A stretch of 64,000 bases of DNA from an uncultured bacterium. Lineage in GTDB: Bacteria; Patescibacteriota; Minisyncoccia; UBA6257; GWB1-50-10. The position numbers and the translations under genes were made by a program. Under the pieces are notes generated by a model. The model did no database searches and was not told the DNA's origin. It was given only the letters and a program-made list of their open reading frames with translations. The DNA lies in assembly GCA_963722655.1 (NCBI GenBank), contig CAVRNT010000001.1:162612-226611 (forward strand), given 5' to 3'. Position 1 is the stretch's first letter. Each line of letters starts with the position of its first letter. Below are positions 36,819 through 49,064 of the stretch, one piece after another.

Positions 36819-38549
36819 ATGACCGACCAGGAATTAATCCAAGCGCTTCAGAAGAAGGGTCTGCTCCCCGCCGCCTCGGCTGCGAAGCTCGTCAAGGAGG
36901 CCGGACTGCGCGAGCGGAGCGCGGAGGACCTCATCTATGAAGAGCGCCTCGTACCAGACGCCGAAGTGGCGGCGGTCAAAAGCGAGCTCTTGAAGATCCC
37001 GTACAAGAAGATCGACCCCGCTGCGATCGGCGAAGACCTCTTGAAGATCATCCCCAAGGACACCTCCCGGGCTTACCAGGTGGTCCCGCTCGAAAAGCGG
37101 CGAGACCTCCTCGTCGTCGGAATGCTCCATCCGGACAATCTGCAGGCGCAGGAGGTGCTCCGCTTCATCGCCAAGCAGAATCGGGTGAGCTTGGGCGTCT
37201 ACATCGTGACGCCGACCGATCTTCAGGCGGTGTGGCGCAAGTACGCCCCTTACCGGACGGAGATCGAAGCGGCCGTGAAGGAAATCGGGCCGTCGCGCCC
37301 AGTGGACGATCTGATGGTGACCCTCGAAGAGGGCGCTCGCACGGCCGAGGACGCCCCTATCATCCAGATCGTCGCCTCGACGCTCCGGGAAGCGGTCGAG
37401 GCCAAGGTCTCCGACATCCACATCGAGCCGGAGAAGGACCGGGTGCGCATTCGCTTCCGGTTGGACGGCAAGCTCGAGGAAACCGCCTCGGTGCCATCCG
37501 CCTTGGGCCAACCCATCATCTCGCGCATCAAGGTCCTCGCCAAATTACGGCTCGACGAGACGCGCGTGCCGCAGGACGGCCGTTTTCGGACAGTCGTGGG
37601 TGGCCGCGACATCGACTACCGTGTTTCCACCTTCCCGACGCCATCGGGCGAGAAGGTGGCCATCCGCGTCTTGGACCCCGCGACCGGCCTCAAGGGTCTT
37701 AAAGAGTTGGGACTGAACGACTACAACTTTGGACTTTTGGAAAAAGCGGCCGAGGCGCCTTACGGCATGATTCTCATCACCGGCCCCACGGGCTCGGGCA
37801 AGACGACGACCCTCTATGCGGTGATGCAGAAATTGAACCGCGACGACGTGAACATCGTAACCCTCGAAGACCCGGTGGAATATTTTATGGACGGCATCAA
37901 CCAGTCCCAAGTGAAACCCGAGATCGGCTACGATTTCGCCTCGGGACTCCGGCAGATCCTCCGCCAGGATCCGGACGTCATCATGGTGGGCGAGGTGCGG
38001 GACGAAGAGACGGCGAGCCTCGCCGTCCAATCCGCCTTGACCGGCCACTTGATGCTCTCCACCCTCCACACCAATAACGCGATCGGCGTCATCCCGCGCC
38101 TCGTCGACCTCAAGGTGCCGGGCTTTCTCCTCTCCGCTTCGCTCAATCTGATGCTCTCCCAGCGCCTCGTCGGCCGTCTCTGCCCGGATTGCAAGAAACC
38201 GGTCCCGGCGCCCGAAGCGGCGACGAAGTTCATCGACGAAGCGTTCCAAACGCTCCCGCCGATGCTCAAAGAGAAGCTGGACGCGAAGAGACCATATCAG
38301 GTCTACCGGAGCGAACCCAAACCAGACTGCAAGATCTGCAAAGGGAAGGGAATGGTCGGCCGAGTGGCGATCTTCGAGATCTTCCGAATGACCCGGGAGC
38401 TCGGCAATCTTTTGAACAAGGGCTACAGCGAGAGCGACCTAATGGACGAAGCCAAGCGCCAGGGAATGGTCCCGATGCGCGCGGACGGCATTCTCAAAGC
38501 GCTCCAAGGGGAGGTGCTCCTCGAAGAGGTGCTGCGCGAGACGGAGTGA
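36819..38549 (+). CDS. pilB: Type IV pilus assembly ATPase
   Basis: SDIHIEP, PQDGRF, GPTGSGKTTTLY, LRQDPD, Zn-binding Cys pairs. Confidence 0.93.
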   Translation: MTDQELIQALQKKGLLPAASAAKLVKEAGLRERSAEDLIYEERLVPDAEVAAVKSELLKIPYKKIDPAAIGEDLLKIIPKDTSRAYQVVPLEKRRDLLVVGMLHPDNLQAQEVLRFIAKQNRVSLGVYIVTPTDLQAVWRKYAPYRTEIEAAVKEIGPSRPVDDLMVTLEEGARTAEDAPIIQIVASTLREAVEAKVSDIHIEPEKDRVRIRFRLDGKLEETASVPSALGQPIISRIKVLAKLRLDETRVPQDGRFRTVVGGRDIDYRVSTFPTPSGEKVAIRVLDPATGLKGLKELGLNDYNFGLLEKAAEAPYGMILITGPTGSGKTTTLYAVMQKLNRDDVNIVTLEDPVEYFMDGINQSQVKPEIGYDFASGLRQILRQDPDVIMVGEVRDEETASLAVQSALTGHLMLSTLHTNNAIGVIPRLVDLKVPGFLLSASLNLMLSQRLVGRLCPDCKKPVPAPEAATKFIDEAFQTLPPMLKEKLDAKRPYQVYRSEPKPDCKICKGKGMVGRVAIFEIFRMTRELGNLLNKGYSESDLMDEAKRQGMVPMRADGILKALQGEVLLEEVLRETE

Positions 38550-38600
38550 GCGCGCCGAGACTTTTTCGTGTATGATTAGTAGAAGTCAGCGCGCGACCAT

Positions 38601-39680
38601 ATGCCAACGACGAACTATAAGGACAAACTGAACGACCTCTTGCTCCAGACCGCGAAGCAGAACGCCTCGGACCTTCACCTCGCGGTCGGGCGGCGGCCCA
38701 CGATCCGGGTGGACAGCGTCCTCATCCCCTTGGCCCAAGAGGCCATCTTGACCAAAGAAGACACGGAGGGCTTGATCTTTTCGCTCCTCACCGAGGAACA
38801 AAAACAGACCTTCCTCACCGAGAAACAGCTGGACTTCTCTTTCAACTACGAGGACAAGGCCCGCTTCCGGGTGAACACCTATTACCAGCGCGGCTTCATG
38901 GCTGCCGCTTTGCGTTTGATCCCGGCCCAGATCCGGACGGTGGAGGAACTGAACCTGCCGCCGCTCCTCCACGATTTCACGAAACTGAATCAGGGTTTCA
39001 TCTTGGTCGTGGGGCCTGCCGGCCACGGCAAGTCCACGACCTTGGCCGCCCTCCTCGACGAGGTGAACCACAAGCGGAATGACCACATCATCACGGTCGA
39101 GGACCCAATCGAATACGTCTTCTCCCAGGACCGCTGCATCGTCTCCCAAAGGGAAGTGGGGGCTGACACCCTCTCTTTCCATGACGCGTTGCGGGCGGTC
39201 CTCCGCCAGGACCCGGATGTCATCATGATCGGCGAGATGCGCGACCCGGAAACGATCGCGACGGCGATGACGGCCGCCGAGACTGGCCACCTGGTCTTCT
39301 CAACGCTCCACACTAACTCCGCCTCCCAGACCATCGACCGCATCATCGACAGCTTCCCGCCGAACCAACAAGGCCAGGTCATCTCCCAGCTCGCCTCGAC
39401 CTTAGTGGCCATCATTTCAGAGCGCCTCGTGCCGCGCCTCGGCGGCGGGCGGATTCCCTCGATAGAAATAATGCTCGTGAACCCGGCCATCCGGAACCTC
39501 ATCCGCGAAAAGAAGATCTACCAGATCGACCTCGTCATCGAGACGAGCATCCAGGAAGGGATGATGTCCTTGAACCGTTCGCTCGTGAACCTCGTGAAGC
39601 GCAAGGAGGTATCGCTCGAGGAAGCTGAGACCTACTCCCTGAACCCGGCGGAACTGCGCATCCTCCTCGAGCGCACTTAG
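38601..39680 (+). CDS. pilT: Type IV pilus retraction ATPase
   Basis: ASDLHL, GPAGHGKST, AAETGHLVFSTLHT, AIRNLIRE. Confidence 0.95.
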   Translation: MPTTNYKDKLNDLLLQTAKQNASDLHLAVGRRPTIRVDSVLIPLAQEAILTKEDTEGLIFSLLTEEQKQTFLTEKQLDFSFNYEDKARFRVNTYYQRGFMAAALRLIPAQIRTVEELNLPPLLHDFTKLNQGFILVVGPAGHGKSTTLAALLDEVNHKRNDHIITVEDPIEYVFSQDRCIVSQREVGADTLSFHDALRAVLRQDPDVIMIGEMRDPETIATAMTAAETGHLVFSTLHTNSASQTIDRIIDSFPPNQQGQVISQLASTLVAIISERLVPRLGGGRIPSIEIMLVNPAIRNLIREKKIYQIDLVIETSIQEGMMSLNRSLVNLVKRKEVSLEEAETYSLNPAELRILLERT

Positions 39681-39696
39681 GTTATAATTAAAGGAA

Positions 39697-40902
39697 ATGA
39701 AGTTCGATTATAAGGCCAGAACCAAAGAGGGGGAACTCCAAGTGGGGAACGTCGAGGCCTCGAACCGCGACGCGGCTTTGAGTATCCTTTTGGGCCACCA
39801 GCTCTTCGTTCTGAGCTTGGAAGAGGAACAGAATGCCGCGTGGTACACGCGCCTTCTCGACATCTTCAAGCGGGTCAAATCCCAGGATATCATGATCTTC
39901 ACGCGGCAGTTCGCGACGCTCCTCGCCTCTCAAGTGCCCCTTTCGGACAGCTTGGCCAATTTGTACAAACAGACGACGAAACCGGTCCTCAAGGAGGCCA
40001 TCTATGAGATTGCGAACGACATCGACGCCGGTTTCTCGCTCTCGCAATCCTTGGAGCGGCACAAAGCCATCTTTTCCGAGTTCTACGTGAACATGGTGAA
40101 ATCGGCCGAGGTGACCGGGCGCTTGAGCGAGGTCTTAGACTTCCTCGCCGATTACTCCGAGAAGCAGGCGACACTGATCGCCAAGGTGAAGAACGCCCTG
40201 ACCTACCCGGCCTTCGTCATAGTCCTCTTCATCGTCGTCGTGGCGGTGATGGTCACGATGGTCTTCCCGCAGATCACGCCGATCTTCGCCGAGTCGCACG
40301 TGGCGTTGCCCTTCTTCACCCAGGTCCTCTTGGGCATCAGCCAGTTCATGGCCGCCTGGTGGTGGGTCCTTGCGATCGCCCTTGTGGCCGTTGTCGTGCT
40401 CCTTTTGGATTACTTTCAGACGAACGAAGGCAAAGCGGTCTTGGACACCTTGGTCCTCAGGACCCCCATCATCGGTCCGCTCTTCCAGAAGCTTTACATC
40501 GCCCGTTTCGCCGAATCCGCCCGGGTGCTCATCAAAGGCGGGCTCACCATCCCCCAGGCCGTCGAGATCTCATCGCACACAATCGGCAACACCATCTACG
40601 CCGAGCTCCTGCGCGATGCCGCCGAGCAGATCCGTAAAGGCAAGCTTCTCTCCCAAGCCCTCGCGCCGATGTCGGAATTCCCGCCCCTCGTCTCCCAGCT
40701 CGTCGCCGTTGGGGAATCGACCGGTCGGTTGGAGGACCTTTTGGGCAAGATCAACGACTTCTATAGCCGCGAGGTGGACAACACCGTGAGCAATTTGGTG
40801 GAACTCATTCAGCCAATTCTAATGGTTGTAATCGGCGTCATCATCGCCATTCTCTTTGCCTCCATACTTCTGCCGATCTATAACCTGTCGCAGGCGTTCT
40901 AA
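39697..40902 (+). CDS. pilC: Type IV pilus platform protein (T2SSF family)
   Basis: FTRQFATLL, ALTYP, GESTGRLE. Confidence 0.94.
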   Translation: MKFDYKARTKEGELQVGNVEASNRDAALSILLGHQLFVLSLEEEQNAAWYTRLLDIFKRVKSQDIMIFTRQFATLLASQVPLSDSLANLYKQTTKPVLKEAIYEIANDIDAGFSLSQSLERHKAIFSEFYVNMVKSAEVTGRLSEVLDFLADYSEKQATLIAKVKNALTYPAFVIVLFIVVVAVMVTMVFPQITPIFAESHVALPFFTQVLLGISQFMAAWWWVLAIALVAVVVLLLDYFQTNEGKAVLDTLVLRTPIIGPLFQKLYIARFAESARVLIKGGLTIPQAVEISSHTIGNTIYAELLRDAAEQIRKGKLLSQALAPMSEFPPLVSQLVAVGESTGRLEDLLGKINDFYSREVDNTVSNLVELIQPILMVVIGVIIAILFASILLPIYNLSQAF

Positions 40903-40964
40903 AATCAAGATAGTCGCCTAAACTTAACTGTAAACCTTAAGAACGTCGCTATAATAAAAAACAA

Positions 40965-41435
40965 ATGGTCGATAATTTCGGAAACAAAATGCTTAATAGG
41001 AAAGGAGGTTTCACGCTCATTGAAATGCTCGTCGTGATCGCGATGATCGGCATCCTGTCGGCCGTCGTCTTGACCGCCCTCGGCCCTTCCCGCAATAAAG
41101 CGAAAGATACGAGGATTATTTCCGATGTGAACCAAGTCAGGGCTTTAGGCGAAATCGATTATAACGCCACGACCGGCGAGTATACCGATTGCGCTAATAC
41201 CGCCGCTGGTTTTAGTGCACTTGTTACCGATATATCCTCTCAAGGCGGGTCCCTATCGGTTAGTTGTAATAGTGGTGATACTCAAGCCGCCTACTCTTCG
41301 AAATTAGCTTCGAATAGCTCGACATATTTCTGCGTGGATTCCACGGGTGTAACCTCTGCTAACGCAGATTCCGTGGGGTCTTGCTCTACGGTCTCAATCC
41401 CGCCACCATATACAACTGGCTGGGACGAGGAGTGA
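40965..41435 (+). CDS. Type IV pilin, interrupted at codon 142 by IS (last 15 aa are IS-derived)
   Basis: GFTLIEMLVVIAMIGIL; sequence from 41388 matches IS orfA. Confidence 0.88.
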   Translation: MVDNFGNKMLNRKGGFTLIEMLVVIAMIGILSAVVLTALGPSRNKAKDTRIISDVNQVRALGEIDYNATTGEYTDCANTAAGFSALVTDISSQGGSLSVSCNSGDTQAAYSSKLASNSSTYFCVDSTGVTSANADSVGSCSTVSIPPPYTTGWDEE

Positions 41436-42371
41436 AAGGCAACCCCACCATTGGTGAACTCGTTCGTCTCAAGCGCCAGAACGATGAGCTTCTCGCTCTC
41501 GTGGGCGAGCTCACTCTTGCCTCCTCCCGGACTCAAAAAAAGCGTTGATCAAGAAGCAGAAGAAGACGAAGCGAGCACTGGCCCGTGAGCTTGGTATTTC
41601 GAGATCGAGTCTGTACTACGCCTCAAAGCAAATACCAAAGGATTGGGAACTCAAAACAAAGATAGAGGAGGTGCTCTCGAAGGATCCGAGCTACGGCTAC
41701 CCGAGAGTGGCGCTCGCTCTTCATGTGAACCGGAAGAGAGCTCAGAGAGTGATGAGACTCTTCGGGATAAAGGCATATCGGAGAAGAGGAAGAAAGCCAA
41801 GAAAAATGGGCGTGGCGAGAACCCCGTACCCAAATCTCCTCAAAACCAATTATCCGAGATTTCCCAATGACATCTGGGTGGCAGACTTCACGTACATTCC
41901 GTATCAGGGAAAGTTCCTGTATCTGGCGACCGTACTAGATCTCTTCACGAGAGAGATTGTGGGCTCCGCGGTGATGAATGTTCATTCAGTGCCATTGATT
42001 CTTCAAGCTTTCTTCTCTGCGGTGGAGTTCCATCCCAGGCCGAACATCTTTCATTCGGACAACGGAAGAGAATATGGATCCAAGGTCTTTGAAGGAACTC
42101 TCATGGAGTTTGGCATCCGGATATCCCGGAGCGCAAAAGCCTCTCCCTGGGAAAACGGATACCAAGAGTCTTTCTATGACAAATTCAAAGTGGACCTGGG
42201 AGACCCGGAGAGATTCAAGACGTTGGGAGAACTGGTCTATGAGATTCATCGCCTTGTCTGGCATTACAATCACCAGAGGATTCATTCCATCCTCAAGATG
42301 CCACCACTCTTATTCGCAGAACGTTACCAAAAACTTGTCGAAAAAGTGTCTTAACTTTGGGGGTATTGCCA
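41388..42371 (+). mobile_element. IS3-family element, 5'-truncated copy (lacks left IR and orfA start)
   Basis: 984 bp matching the reverse complement of 60000-60983; ends ..ggggtattgcca. Confidence 0.93.
41545..42354 (+). CDS. IS3-family transposase OrfB (DDE)
   Basis: WVADFTY, HSDNGREY, WENGYQESF; protein identical to 60017-60826. Confidence 0.93.
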   Translation: MIKKQKKTKRALARELGISRSSLYYASKQIPKDWELKTKIEEVLSKDPSYGYPRVALALHVNRKRAQRVMRLFGIKAYRRRGRKPRKMGVARTPYPNLLKTNYPRFPNDIWVADFTYIPYQGKFLYLATVLDLFTREIVGSAVMNVHSVPLILQAFFSAVEFHPRPNIFHSDNGREYGSKVFEGTLMEFGIRISRSAKASPWENGYQESFYDKFKVDLGDPERFKTLGELVYEIHRLVWHYNHQRIHSILKMPPLLFAERYQKLVEKVS

Positions 42372-42416
42372 TTGGGATCATCGGGATCATTGGGATCATC
42401 GGGATCATCGGGATCG
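42372..42416 (+). repeat. 5 x 9-bp tandem repeat (tYgggatcR) encoding LGS/SGS
   Basis: ttgggatca tcgggatca ttgggatca tcgggatca tcgggatcg. Confidence 0.9.
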
Positions 42417-42614
42417 ACCGTCACTATTGATAGGCCGACAGAGTTTGATTTCCCTATTTGTTCTGGTAGTGCTGACGAATGGTGTAAAGAGAACGGTTAT
42501 TCTGCTGGCGGCTCCGACAGCGCGCCATATGGTGGTGGTACTTGCCAAACATACACAGGAGGCAATTGGCATGCCGGCAACAATGCGTGGGTAGGTGCGA
42601 TTTGCAACGAGTAA
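42372..42614 (+). pseudogene. Orphaned C-terminal part of the 40965 pilin (Gly/Ser linker + Cys-rich domain)
   Basis: In frame with pilin codon 141 if 41388-42371 is removed; 4 Cys; begins with 5 x 9-bp repeat. Confidence 0.7.
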
Positions 42615-42721
42615 TCTGTGCGCGTTCGTTGCTCTTGTCTTCACATCTATTTACATCACGATCCAAAAATTCTTCTACATCCTAACCGAGATGTTGATTA
42701 TGTTATAATGTAAGTAAGTAA

Positions 42722-43144
42722 ATGGTCGATAAACTCAGCAAATCATCAATGTTAAAAAACGAAAGAGGTTTCACGCTCATTGAAATGCTCGTCGTGATCG
42801 CGATGATCGGCATCCTGTCGGCCGTCGTCTTGACCGCCCTCGGCCCTTCCCGCAATAAAGCGAAAGATACGAGGATTATTTCCGATGTGAACCAAGTCAG
42901 GGCTTTAGGTGAAACCGATTATAATGCAACCGCAGGCACTTATGCCGATTGCAGTAATAGTGCTACCGCTGCCATTAGTAATTTGGCAACGGATATCACC
43001 AGTCAAGGAGGGGCGCTAACGGTGAACTGTAACACTGGTAGTACTCAAGCTGCTTATTCCTCGAGCTTGAACGCTGGTGGAAATTATTGCGTCGACACGA
43101 CCGGCAAAACGTCCAGCAATGCGGCGACCGGCGGGGGCTGCTAA
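42722..43144 (+). CDS. Type IV pilin (probable major pilin)
   Basis: GFTLIEML..; YCVD; own TATAAT and downstream terminator-like hairpin. Confidence 0.92.
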   Translation: MVDKLSKSSMLKNERGFTLIEMLVVIAMIGILSAVVLTALGPSRNKAKDTRIISDVNQVRALGETDYNATAGTYADCSNSATAAISNLATDITSQGGALTVNCNTGSTQAAYSSSLNAGGNYCVDTTGKTSSNAATGGGC

Positions 43145-43235
43145 ATTGAATTCGTCAAAAAGGGAAGATCGGCGGTGGAAAACCGCCGGTCTTTTCTTTG
43201 ATTTTGCGCGGCGATTTGGTATGATTAACGTAGAT

Positions 43236-43703
43236 ATGCGCAGAGAAACATCCGGTTTCACCTTGATCGAGATGCTGATCGTCGTCGCAATTATCGGCAT
43301 CCTCTCATCCGTCATCCTCACGGCCTTGGGGCCGGCCCGCGACAAGGCCAAGGATGCCAGAATCATCCAGGAGGTGAACCAGGCCCGAGCCATCGCCGAA
43401 TCATTGGGCGCGAACGGGACCTACGGCGGCGTGCCGACCGTGACCGCCGACTCGGTCTCGTCCATCACCGACCCCGATTTGCAGTCGCTCGCCTCGGACA
43501 TTAAGACCCAAGGCGGCGGTCTTTACATGGAAAAGGCCCTCTCTTCTCCTTATAACTGGTACATTGTCTTCTCGGCCCTGAACACGCTGGTCGGGCCGCA
43601 GAGTGACCAGACTCAGTATTATTGCGTGGACAGCTCTGGTCACGCGGTCTACACGACGACGAACCCGGACGGGTCGCAGAACAGTTGCCCGACTGGTTCT
43701 TAG
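43236..43703 (+). CDS. Type IV pilin
   Basis: MRRETSGFTLIEMLIVVAIIGIL; YYCVDS. Confidence 0.9.
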   Translation: MRRETSGFTLIEMLIVVAIIGILSSVILTALGPARDKAKDARIIQEVNQARAIAESLGANGTYGGVPTVTADSVSSITDPDLQSLASDIKTQGGGLYMEKALSSPYNWYIVFSALNTLVGPQSDQTQYYCVDSSGHAVYTTTNPDGSQNSCPTGS

Positions 43704-43708
43704 GTGGA

Positions 43709-44611
43709 ATGACGATTCAGGTTTACGTCCTGCTTTTTATCTTCGGGACCGCCATCGGCAGTTTTTTGAACGTTCTGATCTTCCGCTACGCGCCGGACCG
43801 GAAGCTCTTCGATTTAAAACGTCTCGGCGGCCGTTCCCACTGCCTTTATTGCGGCCACGAGCTCGGCGCTTTGGAGCTCGTCCCGATCTTGAGTTTCCTC
43901 TTCCAAGGCGGTAAGTGCCGCGTCTGTGGCCACCGGCTTTCGGTCCAGTATCCTATCGTCGAGGTCTTGAGTGGAGCGGTCTTCGCCGGGATACCGCTTT
44001 TTTTGAACTTTTTCTATGTCAAAAGCGGCGTTCTCTTCGCGGCCTTCGGCTTGCCGGTTTGGTATTACCTTTTGGCGCTGGCTTGGGTCATTGTCTTCCT
44101 CGTCTGGCTCACGATGGTCGTGATCGACCTCCGGCATTACGTGATCCCGAACGAACTGAATCTGCTTCTGGTCCTTTTGGGCGTCGTCATCGTGTTCTTG
44201 AACGTCCATTACGGCAGCGCGCTCTTTCCTTTCCGGCAGTCCTTCTTGGAACAATACCAACTGGTCTTCTCGCCCTTTCAAGACATCCTCGCGAACCACT
44301 TGCTCGGCTCGGCCTTCGGCGCGGCCCTCTTCGGCCTCTTGGTCTTTGTGAGCCGGGGCCGCGGGATGGGTCTCGGGGACGTGAAGCTCGCCGCCGTTGC
44401 CGGCTTTCTCCTCGGCTGGCCGGATATCGCTCTCGCCACCATGCTCTCCTTCATCTTAGGCGGTCTTTTTAGCTTGGTTTTGATAGCGCTGCATAAGAAG
44501 ACCATGCGTGACCGGATACCCTTCGCGCCTTTTATGGTCTTGGGATTCATTTTGACCGTCTTTTTCGGTGCGGCGGTCATCACCGGTTATTTCCACCTCT
44601 TCTCGCTCTGA
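43709..44611 (+). CDS. pilD: Prepilin peptidase
   Basis: GSFLNVLIFR, RSHCLYC, GKCRVC, GMGLGDVKL, IPFAPF. Confidence 0.94.
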   Translation: MTIQVYVLLFIFGTAIGSFLNVLIFRYAPDRKLFDLKRLGGRSHCLYCGHELGALELVPILSFLFQGGKCRVCGHRLSVQYPIVEVLSGAVFAGIPLFLNFFYVKSGVLFAAFGLPVWYYLLALAWVIVFLVWLTMVVIDLRHYVIPNELNLLLVLLGVVIVFLNVHYGSALFPFRQSFLEQYQLVFSPFQDILANHLLGSAFGAALFGLLVFVSRGRGMGLGDVKLAAVAGFLLGWPDIALATMLSFILGGLFSLVLIALHKKTMRDRIPFAPFMVLGFILTVFFGAAVITGYFHLFSL

Positions 44612-44636
44612 CGGATCCGGCCTATAATTAAGTCCG

Positions 44637-45167
44637 ATGGCGGATCTAAAGCCTTCAGAATCGGGGTTTACGCTTATTGAGACGCTGGTCGTCATCGCCA
44701 TTATGGCGATCCTTTCCGCGATGCTCATCGCTTTCAACCATTCGAGCACGACGGAGATCGCGCTCACGACCGACACGGCGACCGTGGCCGGGGCTCTGAA
44801 CCGCGCCAAGGCTCTAGCGCTCGAGAAATACAATCCGAGCTCGAGCGGCGGCGTCCCCGCCTGTGCCTACGGTGTCCATTTTAACAGCGGGACGGGCACC
44901 TATTTCATCTACGGTGTGTTCGCCAGCGATTGCAGCGGGGTCAGTTATTCGTACGATCCGAGCGCCGCGAACCAGCTCAAGGTGGAAACCTTCCAATTGG
45001 ACAATGGCATCGCCTTCGTGAACCTGACTCCGTCGGACATCTACTTCATCCCGCCATATCTCGAGGCGAGCAGTGCGGGCGGTAGGATGAGGGTGTTCCT
45101 GACAGTGGCCAAAACCGGCCAACCGGCGTCGGTCAGCGTGAGCCCCGGCGGGGGAGTGAGCTTTTAA
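44637..45167 (+). CDS. Minor pilin (FimT/FimU-like)
   Basis: GFTLIETLVVIAIMAIL; YGVHF. Confidence 0.85.
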   Translation: MADLKPSESGFTLIETLVVIAIMAILSAMLIAFNHSSTTEIALTTDTATVAGALNRAKALALEKYNPSSSGGVPACAYGVHFNSGTGTYFIYGVFASDCSGVSYSYDPSAANQLKVETFQLDNGIAFVNLTPSDIYFIPPYLEASSAGGRMRVFLTVAKTGQPASVSVSPGGGVSF

Positions 45168-45171
45168 ATCA

Positions 45172-45678
45172 ATGCGCGGATCTTTCCCCAAAGACGATAA
45201 AGGCAGTTTGATGATCGAGTCCATCGTCGCGACGAGCTTGGTCGTGGTCGGCGTTCTGGGTATCATGTCGCTTTTGATCAGCTCATCGCATCAGAGCATA
45301 AGCGCGAACGACAAATTGATCGCCGTCTATCTCGCTGCGGAGGATGTGGAGATAGTTAAGAATGCCATCGATAATTATTACGTCCTCGCCGAACCAAGTG
45401 GGACGAATTATTTCGCCCAATTGCCGACAGGGGATTTTTACATAGATTATACGTCGGAAAGTTTTACAGAGAACGCTCCCGCCCAGGTCTACGAAATGCC
45501 GGACGGCTCTTTCGTGCAGAGTGCCGCCGGCAACACGGCGACGATATTCAATCGTAAGGTCAATATCCAGTACCTCTCTCCGTCCAGCGTTCAGGTCAAG
45601 GCGACCGTCTGGTGGAATGAGAACGGCGTTCCGGCCAGCACGACCATCGTCGACATCTTCACTGGTTGGCGTTACTGA
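45172..45678 (+). CDS. Minor pilin (PilV-like)
   Basis: KGSLMIESIVA; FNRKVNI. Confidence 0.78.
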   Translation: MRGSFPKDDKGSLMIESIVATSLVVVGVLGIMSLLISSSHQSISANDKLIAVYLAAEDVEIVKNAIDNYYVLAEPSGTNYFAQLPTGDFYIDYTSESFTENAPAQVYEMPDGSFVQSAAGNTATIFNRKVNIQYLSPSSVQVKATVWWNENGVPASTTIVDIFTGWRY

Positions 45679-45682
45679 ACGA

Positions 45683-46252
45683 ATGAAACAAGCACAAAAC
45701 AACAACGATCGAGGCGGCTTCACTTTGGCCGAGCTTTTGGTCGCCATGTCGGTCTTCATCGTCGTCACGGTCGTCGCCGTCGGTGCCTTCATCCAATCCC
45801 TGAAGAGCGAGCGGCACATCGTGACGGAGATCGCCGTCGCGAACGACGTCCAAACCGCTTTGGAGCAGATGGCGCGCGAGGTCCGGACCGGCTTTCTTTT
45901 TGACGTCTCGCCGGCGATGGACTCTTTGTTCTTCTATAATGCCAATAACGCCTCGACCACCTACGGTGTTTCGGCGGACGGCCTCTTGACCCGGACGGAC
46001 CAAAACGGCGTTACGTCAGCGATCACGTCGGACAACGTCATCGTGAAAGACCTACACTTCATTGTTTCGCAGGCGAACGACAACGCTTGCTATCCTTGGC
46101 GGATTACCATCCTTTTGGGCATCGGGGCCAAGGGAGCGGACGCGAGCGTCGCGCCGACCTACGTCCAAACGACCGTGAGCTCCCGGACGCTGCCCAAGGA
46201 CGTCCCGCCGGCCTTCAAATACACCTCCCCGCAAATATCCGGCTGCAATTAA
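45683..46252 (+). CDS. Minor pilin (PilW-like)
   Basis: GFTLAELLVAMSVF; ALEQMAREVR; QTTVSSR. Confidence 0.82.
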   Translation: MKQAQNNNDRGGFTLAELLVAMSVFIVVTVVAVGAFIQSLKSERHIVTEIAVANDVQTALEQMAREVRTGFLFDVSPAMDSLFFYNANNASTTYGVSADGLLTRTDQNGVTSAITSDNVIVKDLHFIVSQANDNACYPWRITILLGIGAKGADASVAPTYVQTTVSSRTLPKDVPPAFKYTSPQISGCN

Positions 46253-46253
46253 C

Positions 46254-48726
<2,473 letters not shown>

Positions 48727-48765
48727 TTTTGCGCTCGGCCGCCGTTTGCCTGTATAATCCCATTG

Positions 48766-49059
48766 ATGCTCACTAAAAAAGATCTGGAAAAACTGGCCGA
48801 GCTTTCCCGAATGGAGATCGGCGCCGGTGAGGAAAAGCTTTTGAAGGACTTGGAGAAGATTCTCGCTCATTTCGATGAGCTCAAGACCGTTCCGACCGAA
48901 GGCGTCGCGCCGATGACGGGCGGAACGGATGCCAAGAACGTCTTTCGGGAGGATGAGACCGGCAACGGCCTCTCGGGGGAGGCAGCCAAAGGCGAATTTC
49001 CGGAAAAGGAAAGAGGCTATTTGAAGGTCCCGCCGGTCTTTGACGCGGGAACGGATTGA
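48766..49059 (+). CDS. gatC: Asp/Glu-tRNA amidotransferase subunit C
   Basis: LAELSRME..NVFREDE..YLKVPPV; precedes gatA. Confidence 0.92.
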   Translation: MLTKKDLEKLAELSRMEIGAGEEKLLKDLEKILAHFDELKTVPTEGVAPMTGGTDAKNVFREDETGNGLSGEAAKGEFPEKERGYLKVPPVFDAGTD

Positions 49060-49064
49060 CGTAT

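Noticed and set aside
42372-42416. Short tandem repeats as a CRISPR array
   Set aside because: 9-bp units without spacers encoding a Gly/Ser linker; no cas genes or repeat-spacer array seen in the window.
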